This document shows, piece by piece, positions 1 through 10,360 of a stretch of 64,000 bases of DNA (position 1 is the first letter of the stretch; each line of letters starts with the position of its first letter). The notes under the pieces were generated by a model that worked only from the letters and a program-made list of their open reading frames with translations, searched no databases and was not told where the DNA came from. Origin of the DNA: Candidatus Bathyarchaeota archaeon. GTDB lineage: Archaea; Thermoproteota; Bathyarchaeia; 40CM-2-53-6. The DNA lies in the NCBI GenBank assembly GCA_963706285.1, contig CAVPLU010000004.1:192001-256000 (forward strand). The letters run 5' to 3'. A program made the position numbers and the translations under genes.

Positions 1-705
1 CAAGTTGGTGTCATCGAGCACTATGTAGGGATCGGATCCACCGAGCTCTAGTACAGCTTTCCTGAGTTGCCTTCCAGCTTCCGTGGCGATCTTTGTGCCT
101 GTGTCCGTCGATCCTGTGAACGACACGCCGTCTACATGTTTGATTACTTCTAGTGTCACATTTCCCCTGGCAACAACGGAACTGAATACGCTCAAGTCGA
201 GGATCTCAGCTAGCTTGAGGCTTGTGCCCGAGACAATGGACGCGTGCTTCAAGAGAACGGCGTTCCCCGCGACGAGCGCCGGGATTGCAGCGCGGAATGC
301 CTGCCACGCAGGGAAATTCCATGGCATGATCAGCAAGATTACCCCGAGCGGGTCGAATCTGATGTAACTCTTCTTCGCCTCAGTTTTGACATACTCCGGA
401 GAAAGGAATGCTTTTGCATTGTCCAGTAAGTAGTCAGTCAGCCAAATGCACTTCTTGATCTCGTTCTCGCTTTGAGTAATGGGCTTCCCCATCTCGGTGC
501 TCATGAGAACTGATAATTCGGGAAGTTTGTCTTCTATTTCCCTTCTAGTTTGTCTCAGCGCATCGAGCCGCGCGTCAAGGTCGAGTTTCCATTCTCGTTG
601 GGCGTTCCTCAGTCCGGCAATTCTGTTCTTGATATCGTCTAGGCTTGCTTCTTCGTATTCCTGCAAAACCTGCTCAGTGTAGGGATTGATTGTCTTGATC
701 GTCAA
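1..705 (-). CDS. NAD(P)-dependent aldehyde dehydrogenase (succinate-semialdehyde dehydrogenase-like), runs off window start
   Basis: Not in the ORF track. Manual translation from TTG at 705 gives MTIKTINPYTE...EMGKPITQSENEIKKC...IMPWNFP...KHAS...SFTGST...LELGGSDP, all ALDH motifs. Confidence 0.92.
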   Translation of the reverse strand, partial: MTIKTINPYTEQVLQEYEEASLDDIKNRIAGLRNAQREWKLDLDARLDALRQTRREIEDKLPELSVLMSTEMGKPITQSENEIKKCIWLTDYLLDNAKAFLSPEYVKTEAKKSYIRFDPLGVILLIMPWNFPAWQAFRAAIPALVAGNAVLLKHASIVSGTSLKLAEILDLSVFSSVVARGNVTLEVIKHVDGVSFTGSTDTGTKIATEAGRQLRKAVLELGGSDPYIVLDDTNL

Positions 706-857
706 AGTCAACCATCTCGATATTCTCAAGATAGAACGAATGCAGATCCATCATAGAACCAGGCGTGTTTCGCTTATCTGGATGAGTGCCAACGCCTCGA
801 CCTCCGCTGTGATATTGTCTTTAGCTAGTGTCTAGAAGCTTGCCTTGGTGTAGGAAT

Positions 858-1676
858 TCAGCGTTTCTGGCATCTCGGGCAGATGTAGCTTGCAGTGCTC
901 CCGGTTCGGATCTTCTTCACTTTCGTCTTGCAGATGGGGCATGGCTTTCCTGGTTTGTACGCCACCATGTAGTGCTCAAGTCCATATCGCCCGCTTCGGC
1001 CATACAAATCTCTCTCATATCTCAGACCTCCAAGCTTGATGCTCTCATTCAAGACATCCCGTATGCTTTGGTGAAGTGCGTGGATATCTGATTCTCTCAG
1101 GGTCTTGATCGCACGCAGCGGATGAAGTCTAGCCCTAAACAGTATGTCTTGAACGTAGACGTTGCCTATTCCAGCAATATTTTTCTGATCCAGCAGGAAG
1201 CTCTTGATAGCTCCTCGTCGTCCTGAAAGGATTGAGCTAAGCTTTTCCACGGTGAACTCTTCATCTATTGGGGATATGCCTAGCTTGCCTGTCATCCTGT
1301 GCTCAGGTAATTCGTCATCAGATGCAACATGAATGTAGCCGAACCACCAGAAAGACGCGGTCAACTCAGTACCATCGCTGAATGTTAGGCGAAGTTGGCG
1401 CTTCTCCGGTAGCATGTCAGCGTTCTTGTGGTAGCGCAAGTCTCCTCCCATGCCAAGGTTCAGCAGAAGATTTTCCCTTGGCTCCAGATGCGTGAACAAC
1501 CACTTGCCATGTGCGTTTGTCACTCCCATTGTTTTCTTGATCATCCTACGGCGGGCTCTGTCCGGGAGCATGTTGAGGCATTTCGGTTGTTTCAACTCGA
1601 CCTGGCTAATGCGCTTTCTCGCAAGTCTTCTCGTCATCTGGCGGGCCAAATTCATAATTTCTGGAAGTTCAGGCAT
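858..1676 (-). CDS. mutM: Fpg/Nei family DNA glycosylase/AP lyase
   Basis: N-terminal MPELPE, H2TH motif LLDQKNIAGIGNVY, C-terminal zinc finger CPIC...CPRCQ. Confidence 0.93.
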   Translation of the reverse strand: MPELPEIMNLARQMTRRLARKRISQVELKQPKCLNMLPDRARRRMIKKTMGVTNAHGKWLFTHLEPRENLLLNLGMGGDLRYHKNADMLPEKRQLRLTFSDGTELTASFWWFGYIHVASDDELPEHRMTGKLGISPIDEEFTVEKLSSILSGRRGAIKSFLLDQKNIAGIGNVYVQDILFRARLHPLRAIKTLRESDIHALHQSIRDVLNESIKLGGLRYERDLYGRSGRYGLEHYMVAYKPGKPCPICKTKVKKIRTGSTASYICPRCQKR

Positions 1677-1863
1677 AGTATCATCCTCCGCGATTGAATC
1701 TCAAGAGACCGCAGGCATGCTCATTTCATAGGATTCGAGTCTCTGCCAAGCGATTCACGCCACCAATCTCTGGACAAATTTCAACAATTCGCGGCCAATA
1801 TCCTTGAAGGTCTGTTGGTCTACTTGACTGAACCTCTTAATAGCAAACGGCCAGCTCTCATCA

Positions 1864-2175
1864 TCAGAACCTGAAAAGAACTCTCTGGAAATCCACGATC
1901 TTCCCATGTCGTACCTCAACGCTTTCTGCTCTCAGCATCTGGATCTTCTTCTCAACGGTGCTACCTGAAGTTCTTCCTCCAAAGCCGCCAACTGTACCGT
2001 CGGACCTTACTACTCTATGGCATGGGACTTTGGGCGCATAAGGGTTCTTGCGACAAGCGTTCCCGACAGCTCTGTATGCCTTGGTATGCAGCTTCCTGGC
2101 GATCAGACCATAGGTTGTGACTCTGCCCTTGGGTATTTTCTTCATTAACTTCCAGACTCTCGCTTCGAACTCCAA
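1864..2175 (-). CDS. ogt: O6-methylguanine-DNA methyltransferase, single-domain form
   Basis: IPKGRVTTYG, RAVGNA and active-site PCHRV motif. Confidence 0.88.
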   Translation of the reverse strand: MEFEARVWKLMKKIPKGRVTTYGLIARKLHTKAYRAVGNACRKNPYAPKVPCHRVVRSDGTVGGFGGRTSGSTVEKKIQMLRAESVEVRHGKIVDFQRVLFRF

Positions 2176-2441
2176 AAATCAATGTCACCCCGCTATCGGT
2201 CGATGTTACTCAGGGTTTGGGAGCCGATAAAAGTGTTGACGTGTATTCTAGGTTCAATGATTGTCTTGAGATAGTCTCCTCTTTTGATGGGAATCTTCCA
2301 TCTTCCCGATGGTGGAGAAACCTACTGCACCGGATGAGATGCCGAGGATTGAGAATCAAGAGGCCCCGAATCTGGTGGATTTACTCTACTTGCTGAACTC
2401 TTATAGACCACGAGTTATCGGACCGTCGCGGTAGAGCAAGC

Positions 2442-4061
2442 ATGTCTCTTACTGGCATGTCCGCGGTGGACCTTGTGCGGCGTCGTAAGACGCCTATGCT
2501 CCTTGTAGTACTTGCCCTTCTATCACTCTCTTTTCACGCAGGCATCGCCAAGAGCGAAGGAATCCCCATAGAACACATAGTGATTCTATACGAAGAGAAC
2601 CGCACATTCGACCACTACTTCGGAACATACCCTGGGGCAAATGGTATCAGCATGAACATAGCTCTCCCCAAGACGCCGGGGTCAAATGAGACAGTTCGTC
2701 CGTTTCATATTCCTACGACAAGCACCCACGATCTCGACCATTCAAACCGAGCCGCGAAAATCGCCTACAACAATGGCAAGATGGATGGGTTCGTGTATGC
2801 AGAGAAGTCGAACCTTACCATGGGTTACTATGACTCCCGAGACATCCCATACTACTGGGATTATGCATCGAAATTCGTGCTCATGGACAATTTCTTCACC
2901 TCGCAGATGGGCCCGAGCCTACCGAACCATCTGTACCTTATCGCCGGCCAGTCAGGTGGCCTGATCGAAAACCCCGGGCCATGCCAATCAAGGGAGATCT
3001 GTGGAGAGCAATCAAAGAATCCGTACGCATTGCCCAGCAATCTCGTTTTTGATTTCAAGAATGTTATGGATGAACTTGACAATCGCGGCATATCTTGGAA
3101 ATACTATACTGGTGACGAGGAAAACTACAGAGAGGCAGGTTACTGGAATCCTCTGCCTGCTTTCGCATCTTTCAAGAGCAACCCGTCACGACTAAGCAAC
3201 CTTGCACCGAACGATCGATTCCTGATCGACTTGGCCAACGGAAATCTCGCCAAGGTGGTGTGGGTGATCCCTGAGGAGGATGAGAGCGATCACCCGTCCG
3301 CCGACGTGAAGGTCGGGCAGGGATATATGGTATCTATGATCAACGCCATAATGAGAAGTGAATACTGGTCGTCCACAGCAATATTCGTGACTTGGGATGA
3401 CTACGGCGGATGGTATGATCATGTTCCTCCACCGCAGATAGACGCCTTCGGCCTAGGATTCAGGGTTCCGTGTCTCATCATATCCCCATACGCCAAAGAA
3501 GGATTCATAGACCACACCCAAGCTGAGTTCTCCTCAATCCTCAAATTCGTAGAGGCAGTTCACGGTCTTCCTCCTCTCACACAGAGGGACGCGATGGCAA
3601 GCAACTTGTTTGAAGCATTCGATTTTTCTCAACCATCCAGGCCACCTTTGATCCTTCCAGGACCATACGTGCCTCACCAATACCCTCTCACGTTGACTGA
3701 GAACGCAAGTCAAGCGATAGATTTACTCGCAAAGGCAAAAGATCTGATGACAAAGGCTCAGACTTCGAACTTCACGAGTGTTGAAGCTCAAGCCATGGTC
3801 GAAGAGGCGATCAGCGAGTACAATTCAGCACAGCGAGCTTTCTCACGAAACGACTTCGTTGTCGCGAAGGAACGTGCCCAAGTCGCCTTAGATTTGTTCG
3901 TGAAAGCCTACTCAGTCGAAGAGAATTACAGACAGACGCTGCAAGGAGAGGGGAGACAGAACGATGTCCTCAGCTACGTCCTGCCCGTGGCTGTCTCCAG
4001 TTTCGTTCTGGGGGCCGTAACATTCTATCTCGTTAGAAGAAAAGCCGGAAAACACTCCTGA
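2442..4061 (+). CDS. Secreted, C-terminally anchored phosphoesterase (phospholipase C/acid phosphatase family)
   Basis: Signal peptide, HIVILYEENRTFDHYFG, GPSLPNH, TWDDYGGWYDHVPPP, helical extension, then TM helix and basic tail. Confidence 0.88.
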   Translation: MSLTGMSAVDLVRRRKTPMLLVVLALLSLSFHAGIAKSEGIPIEHIVILYEENRTFDHYFGTYPGANGISMNIALPKTPGSNETVRPFHIPTTSTHDLDHSNRAAKIAYNNGKMDGFVYAEKSNLTMGYYDSRDIPYYWDYASKFVLMDNFFTSQMGPSLPNHLYLIAGQSGGLIENPGPCQSREICGEQSKNPYALPSNLVFDFKNVMDELDNRGISWKYYTGDEENYREAGYWNPLPAFASFKSNPSRLSNLAPNDRFLIDLANGNLAKVVWVIPEEDESDHPSADVKVGQGYMVSMINAIMRSEYWSSTAIFVTWDDYGGWYDHVPPPQIDAFGLGFRVPCLIISPYAKEGFIDHTQAEFSSILKFVEAVHGLPPLTQRDAMASNLFEAFDFSQPSRPPLILPGPYVPHQYPLTLTENASQAIDLLAKAKDLMTKAQTSNFTSVEAQAMVEEAISEYNSAQRAFSRNDFVVAKERAQVALDLFVKAYSVEENYRQTLQGEGRQNDVLSYVLPVAVSSFVLGAVTFYLVRRKAGKHS

Positions 4062-4260
4062 TCCACTCCTGCACGTGACTCAAGGCCCGCCTAATCAGCT
4101 CACATCATCTCAATGGAATCGAGCTGTCACTCAGGCGAGTTCGATGGTACAATCCCAGAAAAATCACGTAATGATTGGGGTCGCTCCACTGAGGCTTGAT
4201 GCCTTATTCGGCGTGTGGACGGGGGCCTGATTTGCCAGCGTGAATGAGCTTTGCGAGATT

Positions 4261-6137
4261 CTAGGATCTGCGGCTCCGTCGGACTCTAAGCGAGTATAAG
4301 GCCGCTCCGATCGCGATTATCGCCAAGAATCCGAGAACTGCTGCGTACTCCGTCCAGCCCGGACCTGCGGGGCTTGCTGTAACCGTGAAGTTTACTGAGA
4401 GTTCGCTCTCGTTGCCAGCGATGTCCAGAGCCCTGACTTCGATTATGTGGTTTCCATCGGTAAGTCCAGTGAAGACATGCGTTGTATTCGTCCCAACGCT
4501 TGTCCACAATCCGCTATCTAGTCTAATTTCGTAGCGACCAATCCCAGAGGTTTCGTCTGAACCTGTCCATGTGACCGTTGCAGTAGATGCCCCTATCTGT
4601 GAGCCGTTCAGCGGAGAATCTATTGAGATGTTTGGTGGGCTTTTGTCCAGCTCTATTCCTGTGAGTGTTTTGTGGGGTGTCTCCTCTATGCCTGTTTTGT
4701 CCACACTCCAATATTCCAAGGTGTTGTTGGCACCTTCGGCTGTGATCGTTGGTTGTCCATCAGTGCTGACACTCCGTGTTGGTCCGTTATTGATTTTGTA
4801 GTATATGTTCGCGAGGCCTCCTAAGTCGTTGGCAGTTGAAAGGTTGATTTTGAAATCCTTAGCATGCCAGGTTCCAGTCGTAGTCGTGCGTGGTTTGTAG
4901 GCCTATTTCCGTGACTCGATAGATCCCCCAGCCGTATGGGAACGTGTACGTTCTAACCACGTCGCCTTTCGGGTTCACTTCAACCACCTCAGCTCCAAGA
5001 GTATTCGGGACGTAGTGGGTCTGTGCACCGAAAGCTCCTATCAGATCTCCGTTAGGCAGTATGTCGGCGCTTCCCCAGTAAGGAGTCCAATACGCGCTAG
5101 GAGCAGTCCAACTCCAGGTTGTACGAGCAGTCATGTTCTGCTCGTTCACTGTGACTTCTAACATTCTGCTATGTGAGCTCGTTCCGTCGTAGCATTTGTT
5201 GGCAAGGCTTGGTTGTGTTGTGATAATCATTATCAAACATCAAGAATACGTTTGGCTGAACTTCCTTGACATCATGGGAGTGATACCACAAACTTGGAAC
5301 CTTATTCCCATTCTGGTCGAAGAGTGCGAAATTCCCATGTTCACCTAGGCACCAGATGGTCCGACTTGTGGTCTTGTCAATCTTGCAGAATGTGTTCTGA
5401 GCTCGCATGTTGAAGTAGATTATGTTCTTGTCATAGATCCATTGAAGACTATTCGAATGGGTGAGGTCTATCAGCACTTGGCCTGCGGCTGTAGCCGTGG
5501 GATAGCTCTCGGTTGTGTCGTTGCAAGGGCATTCATCTTTGAGACTGAAGTGTCCATCGGCATAGGTATCCCAGCTCCACAAAATCCCGCCCGTGCTGTT
5601 GAGCTCATAGATATGGTCCATGAGGACTTGGTGCCCATCGATCACTCTTATGTAATCTCTGAATGTCAGGAAGGTGTGGGTGACCGGATTGTATTCAATA
5701 TCATGGTGGCCCCAAACGTTTGGGAAATCGGTTGTCTTGTTCGTTTTCATGTTCCAGAAATGCGTGGCTAATGAATCCGGTTCCCCCATAAACATCAGCG
5801 TGTCCGGTGAGATGTACTTAACAGGCCAGTAGCTCGGAAGATCATTAGATCTTCGAAGATAGAGCAATTGGCCGTCAGTTGTCATCACGTCCAAGGAGCT
5901 GCCAAGTGGGCTTAGATTCGAGGAATTGAACTGCCACAATCCGAATGCCAAGTACCCATTCCAAGCGTTACCGAACGTATCAATCTTGACCGGTACAACA
6001 GAAGCGTCGCCGGCTGAAGGAACCGACTGAACGGCAGCGCCAGAGAGCTGAGCGGCGCTGTTGGAAAAACCGAGACATGCAATCAACAAGGTTGTTACTA
6101 GGAGAACTGAATGCTTACATGCTTTCGAGTTAGCCAT
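4261..6137 (-). CDS. Arylsulfate sulfotransferase (ASST)-like secreted protein with Ig-like domains and C-terminal TM anchor; split by about 2 frameshifts
   Basis: ORFs 5169-6137, 4859-5236 and 4261-4719 join into signal peptide + ASST-like motifs (HHDIEY, DLTHSNSL, YHSHD, MFDND, WGSADILPNG, IYRV) + Ig-like repeats + TM + RVRRSRRS. Confidence 0.72.
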
Positions 6138-6536
6138 TTTCAGAAGTTCTCCTCTGTAGAGTGTGACCGGTTGATTGTGTAATAACCCCTTTGTGTGCAG
6201 ATCGACTCACTAGAGAGTTCTTTCCTCTTGGCTTGAATCATGTCGAATGATCGCAAGAGGCGATCGACTGAGTGAATGGGAATTCCACGTGCACTCTTTT
6301 TGAGTGAAGCATTGTAGGTCCATCTCAGGATTTCTATGCCCCACATGCAAAACATGTGTGGTTGGTCGTCTGGCCATATTTCGACAGAGCTTTCTACAGC
6401 GATATTGTAGAGCTTTCTCAGTACTGGTGATCATGCAAACGGAGTCTTGCCGTAGGTCATAAGCCACATGGATGATTCGTACATTAGTATTATATCGCTC
6501 AGAGAGTAGCGGGCTGCGATCAATGAGGTCATGTAG

Positions 6537-6716
6537 TTGAACATTCTCCATTCTATTCTGCAAGTTGCTCCCCGAATCGCTCCGCGAGGGCTCGGCATAG
6601 GAGGACTCATCTTCGGGACCGTTGTGGCCGTATCGATTCTCCTAGTCAGCGTGGGTTTCTTCTACGTTCTGTTGAAAGTAGGGAGATACCTTGACGCCAT
6701 GAGAGAGAAAGTGTAG
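6537..6716 (+). CDS. Small (59 aa) single-pass membrane protein
   Basis: Below the ORF-track cutoff. TTG start after GAGGT SD, AT-rich TATA-like TATTATAT near 6490; MNILHSILQVAPRIAPRGLGIGGLIFGTVVAVSILLVSVGFFYVLLKVGRYLDAMREKV. Confidence 0.6.
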   Translation: MNILHSILQVAPRIAPRGLGIGGLIFGTVVAVSILLVSVGFFYVLLKVGRYLDAMREKV

Positions 6717-6819
6717 GTCATCTCGGTCGTTCTTGGACTCATCTTAATGACTTTACACAACAGATGAGTTCTCTTCAGAACTTCTTCAGAAGAGACAAAG
6801 AACGTTTTTCGAATGACTT

Positions 6820-7191
6820 GTGTCCAGCAAGCACAGGATGTGGCGAGTGTCTGTGAGGAAGGCGAGGGAGGGCGTAAGGGTCTTTACGTCTAGGGGGAAG
6901 CGTAAGTTCTCAAAGGAGAACCTTGCAGCGTTTCCTAAGGAGATTATTCGAGCCTTCGTGCGGTTGCCGAGAGTCTTCAAGAAGGTGGATCTTGACAGAG
7001 TTCTCGGGAATGAGATCTCAAGAAGCATGAAGTGGAGATACGTTCAAAGAATGGAACGCCTAGGCTTGGTGAAGCATTCCACCAAGAAATACTACCAGAA
7101 GATCTATGATAGCGTCTCCGATTGGATGGAGAAGGATGCCGTACCGAAGATCAAACACATGGAATCAGTCGCACTCATAGAAACGATCTAA
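6820..7191 (+). CDS. Basic hypothetical protein, possibly winged-helix DNA-binding
   Basis: Clean 123-aa ORF, K/R-rich; ISRSMKWRYVQRMERLGLVK resembles a wHTH recognition helix and wing. Confidence 0.55.
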   Translation: MSSKHRMWRVSVRKAREGVRVFTSRGKRKFSKENLAAFPKEIIRAFVRLPRVFKKVDLDRVLGNEISRSMKWRYVQRMERLGLVKHSTKKYYQKIYDSVSDWMEKDAVPKIKHMESVALIETI

Positions 7192-7296
7192 CCGCCCTCA
7201 AGAAGAATCCGCCAACAGTCGCTCCGCAGTGGAGAAAGCGGCAGCCTATCGAGCTATTCAGCAGCCCTTGGACCTTACAAATCCGCTCGGTCTTTG

Positions 7297-7350
7297 TGTA
7301 ATAAATACGAGTTATAGCGCTTCGTAAACGCATTTCTTGTAAAAATCACG
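7297..7350 (+). promoter_or_regulatory. Two similar semi-palindromic 13-mers upstream of asnA (candidate Lrp/AsnC sites)
   Basis: TGTAATAAATACG (7297-7309) and TGTAAAAATCACG (7338-7350), 10/13 identical, 41 nt apart, in an AT-rich intergenic region. Confidence 0.35.
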
Positions 7351-7388
7351 TCAGAATATGAGAAAATCTTATCTCGGACCAGCAGCTC

Positions 7389-8357
7389 GTGCTGGCGAGA
7401 ACCATGAAAACTTCGAAGGACGGCTACCCATTAGGATTGCTGGAAGGTCCGGAACATGATGAGAGACAGTCAGTCTTCGCTCTACAGACGGAGATCTTCA
7501 GGGTCTTCACTGACAGACTTGTGGAGAAGGGTTTCTCCTGGATACTCCCAGTCACGCTCTCCAAGTCCACAGATCCACTGTGGCCAGATCCAGGGGCCAG
7601 CATAGAGAAGAGAATACAGCTAGAGGTTTACGGTGAGAACGTCAAGACTATGCAAAGCATGATAGTTCACAAGAGAGTCCTGGTCTCTCTAGGGCCAGAG
7701 AGATTCTTCATACTCTCGCCCAATGTCAGGATAGAGAACAGGGAACGGGCTAAGACGGGAAGACATCTTTACGAGTTCACGCAGCTTGAAATAGAGATGG
7801 CGCACGCGAAGATGCAAGATATCTTCAAGCTATTCGAGGAACTCATCGAGGCATCTGTTTCCACGGTCAGAAAGAAACTAGGAAGAGAGCTTCAAATGCT
7901 CGGAAGAGACCTGATCGTCCCGGATACACCATTCAAAGTCCATGAAAGGAGCAGCCTTGAAGAAAAGTATGGCAAAGATTGGGTACAGGCTATTTCGGAG
8001 GAATCGAGACACCCTGTCTGGGTGACGGATCTCCCGAGAGAATTCTACGATTATCAAGACGAGAAAACCGGAGCATGGCGTAACTACGATCTAATTCTGC
8101 CTGAAGGATACGGAGAAGTGATCTCAGGCGCCGAAAGAGAATACGAGTATGAGAAGATCGTAAGAAAACTTGAACGAGACGGCCTAGACAAGCAAGACTA
8201 TGTTTCTATGTTGAGGCTTGCGAAGGACGGAGCCTTGAAACCATCAGCAGGAGCCGGGTTGGGGATCGAGAGATTCTTAGCCTATGTCTGTGGTGTGGAG
8301 CATGTGGCGGAGGTTCAACCATTTCCCAGAGTTCCCGGAGCAGTACCAGAGCTGTGA
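7389..8357 (+). CDS. asnA: Archaeal-type asparagine synthetase A (AsnRS catalytic-domain paralog lacking the anticodon-binding domain)
   Basis: Class II aaRS motifs SKSTDPLWPDP, RHLYEFTQLEIE, EVISGAEREYEY, SAGAGLGIER; no N-terminal OB domain. Start may be ATG 7404. Confidence 0.85.
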   Translation: MLARTMKTSKDGYPLGLLEGPEHDERQSVFALQTEIFRVFTDRLVEKGFSWILPVTLSKSTDPLWPDPGASIEKRIQLEVYGENVKTMQSMIVHKRVLVSLGPERFFILSPNVRIENRERAKTGRHLYEFTQLEIEMAHAKMQDIFKLFEELIEASVSTVRKKLGRELQMLGRDLIVPDTPFKVHERSSLEEKYGKDWVQAISEESRHPVWVTDLPREFYDYQDEKTGAWRNYDLILPEGYGEVISGAEREYEYEKIVRKLERDGLDKQDYVSMLRLAKDGALKPSAGAGLGIERFLAYVCGVEHVAEVQPFPRVPGAVPEL

Positions 8358-8420
8358 AACACATTCACATGCTATTTGTGAAGGGCGACAGGCAGAAATC
8401 ACATCGCTAGCCTTGGATGC

Positions 8421-8924
8421 TCATTGATGCTGCGTAACCGCATGTTTCTTGAGATCGATTTCCAAAGTCTCCTTTGCCGTGTCGAACACCATGCACGTCA
8501 CGGTCTTGTCGATTCCTCCGACGGTTCGGAGTTTGTCGACGACGAATCTCCCCACCGCATCGATGTCTGTCGTCTTCACCTTGATGAGCAAGTCCCAGTC
8601 GCCGCTGATTACGTGAACTTCCTGAACTTCTGGAAAACCTGCCACTTCTTTGGCCACTGTCCTTTGGGAAAGCATATTCTTGGTTGCTCCAGGAGTGCGA
8701 TAGGAGAAAGTGGCTAGAATGAAGGCAGTTGCGGCAAATCCAAGTTTGGGGCCATCGAGAACCGTCGCATACTGTCTTACAAGCCCGAGTTCCTCCATTC
8801 TCTTGATTTTTGCATACACCGTTGTCACAGGCATGTCGAGACTGAGCCCTAGTTCCTTCGCCGTCTTTTTCGAATCGCGCTGCAAAAGGTCCAGCAGTGC
8901 AATATCCAGCGAGTCGAGCCTCAT
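8421..8924 (-). CDS. Lrp/AsnC family transcriptional regulator
   Basis: LDSLDIALLDLLQRDSK HTH and RAM domain EVHVISGDWDLLIKV. Confidence 0.92.
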   Translation of the reverse strand: MRLDSLDIALLDLLQRDSKKTAKELGLSLDMPVTTVYAKIKRMEELGLVRQYATVLDGPKLGFAATAFILATFSYRTPGATKNMLSQRTVAKEVAGFPEVQEVHVISGDWDLLIKVKTTDIDAVGRFVVDKLRTVGGIDKTVTCMVFDTAKETLEIDLKKHAVTQHQ

Positions 8925-9082
8925 GTGTCGTCCTGTGGTTACAGAGTGATTCGTGCTTGAAAAGGAATCCTGCCTTAATCCGTGGATTGGCTATTGGCGT
9001 GAAAAACTTCTTGACGCCAAATCGCGTCGGAGCACTTATAGGGTGACCGTCGTGCTAAATTCGGAAATCCGGTAGCTGAAAC

Positions 9083-10210
9083 GTGTTGGACTTGGCGAAG
9101 CGTAGACTCGAGGAGCCGTCCGAAATCGAGACGAAGATAAGTTTCGTTGACGGCGCGCAGAATCGGTTAGCCTATCGGGGGATAAGTGTGACCGCCCTCG
9201 CAGAGCATAGCAGTTACGAAGACGTTTCATACCTACTACTCTATGGCTCGCTCCCAACTCGAGCCCAGCTCGACGAGTTCACGCGCAAGATGGCTGCTAA
9301 CCGGAGGATATCTGCAGGTATTGTCACTCTGATAGCATCGTTGCCCCACTCTGCGCTTCCTATGGATGTTCTCAGAACAGCGATATCAGCCACGGCCATG
9401 TTCGACCACAAAGGGAAGGAGAACAGTCGCCAGGCTCTCTTGGAGATAGCAATTGAACTGATCGCACAGGCACCGACTGTTGTAACCACTTTCAATCACA
9501 TTAGAAACTCACGGCTGCCAATAGAGCCAGATGCAACGCTTGGGCATGCGGCAAACTTCCTGTACATACTGAAGGGAACTAGACCGGACGAAGAGGCCGC
9601 TCGAGCCTTGGATACTTGCTGGGTCCTACATGCGGATCACGGATTGAATCCGTCAACTTTCGCTGCAAGAGTCACTGCTTCGGCGCAATCAGATATCTAC
9701 GCCGCCCTAACTACCGCGATTGGTACACTGAAGGGCGCAATCCACGGCGGCGCAAATCAGAAGGTCATGGAGATGCTTCTCGAAATCAAGGACGAGGAGA
9801 GAGTCAGCGAATACGTAAGAAACGTCCTCAAACACAATGAGAAGATACCTGGTTTCGGTCACAGGGTATACAAAGGTGAAGACCCGAGGGTCTCACACCT
9901 TCGCAAGCTTTCCGAATCTCGATGCAGGAAGACCCAGAACATGCACTGGTTTGAACTCTCGCAGAAGCTGGAAGAAACGGTTTTTCGAGAGAAAGGACTC
10001 TATCCCAACATGGACTTCTATTCGGCCACGTTGTACTACGCGCTTGGAGTCCCAGTCGACATGTTAACAACCATGTTTGCATGCAGCCGCATGGTTGGTT
10101 GGGCAGCACATATCATAGAGCAGTGTGAACAGAATAGGTTGATACGCCCTCTGGGAGACTACGTTGGCATTCTCAACCAAGAGTATCTTCCGATAGAGAA
10201 GCGCAAGTAA
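9083..10210 (+). CDS. gltA: Citrate synthase (citrate/2-methylcitrate synthase family)
   Basis: LHADHGLNPSTF, GAIHGGAN, GFGHRVYKGEDPR, PNMDFYS. Confidence 0.93.
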   Translation: MLDLAKRRLEEPSEIETKISFVDGAQNRLAYRGISVTALAEHSSYEDVSYLLLYGSLPTRAQLDEFTRKMAANRRISAGIVTLIASLPHSALPMDVLRTAISATAMFDHKGKENSRQALLEIAIELIAQAPTVVTTFNHIRNSRLPIEPDATLGHAANFLYILKGTRPDEEAARALDTCWVLHADHGLNPSTFAARVTASAQSDIYAALTTAIGTLKGAIHGGANQKVMEMLLEIKDEERVSEYVRNVLKHNEKIPGFGHRVYKGEDPRVSHLRKLSESRCRKTQNMHWFELSQKLEETVFREKGLYPNMDFYSATLYYALGVPVDMLTTMFACSRMVGWAAHIIEQCEQNRLIRPLGDYVGILNQEYLPIEKRK

Positions 10211-10360
10211 CTGCTTGACTACGTGATCTCAAACCCATTTAGCAGAAGATCCGCTCGAAGCCGACAACGCTCGTGAACAATCGAGGCAGCCGCGGGTTTG
10301 TGAGGTCAAGCTGGCTATCCCTGCGATAGTGCAACTGCAAGCTCGCATACCTTGCGAGGT

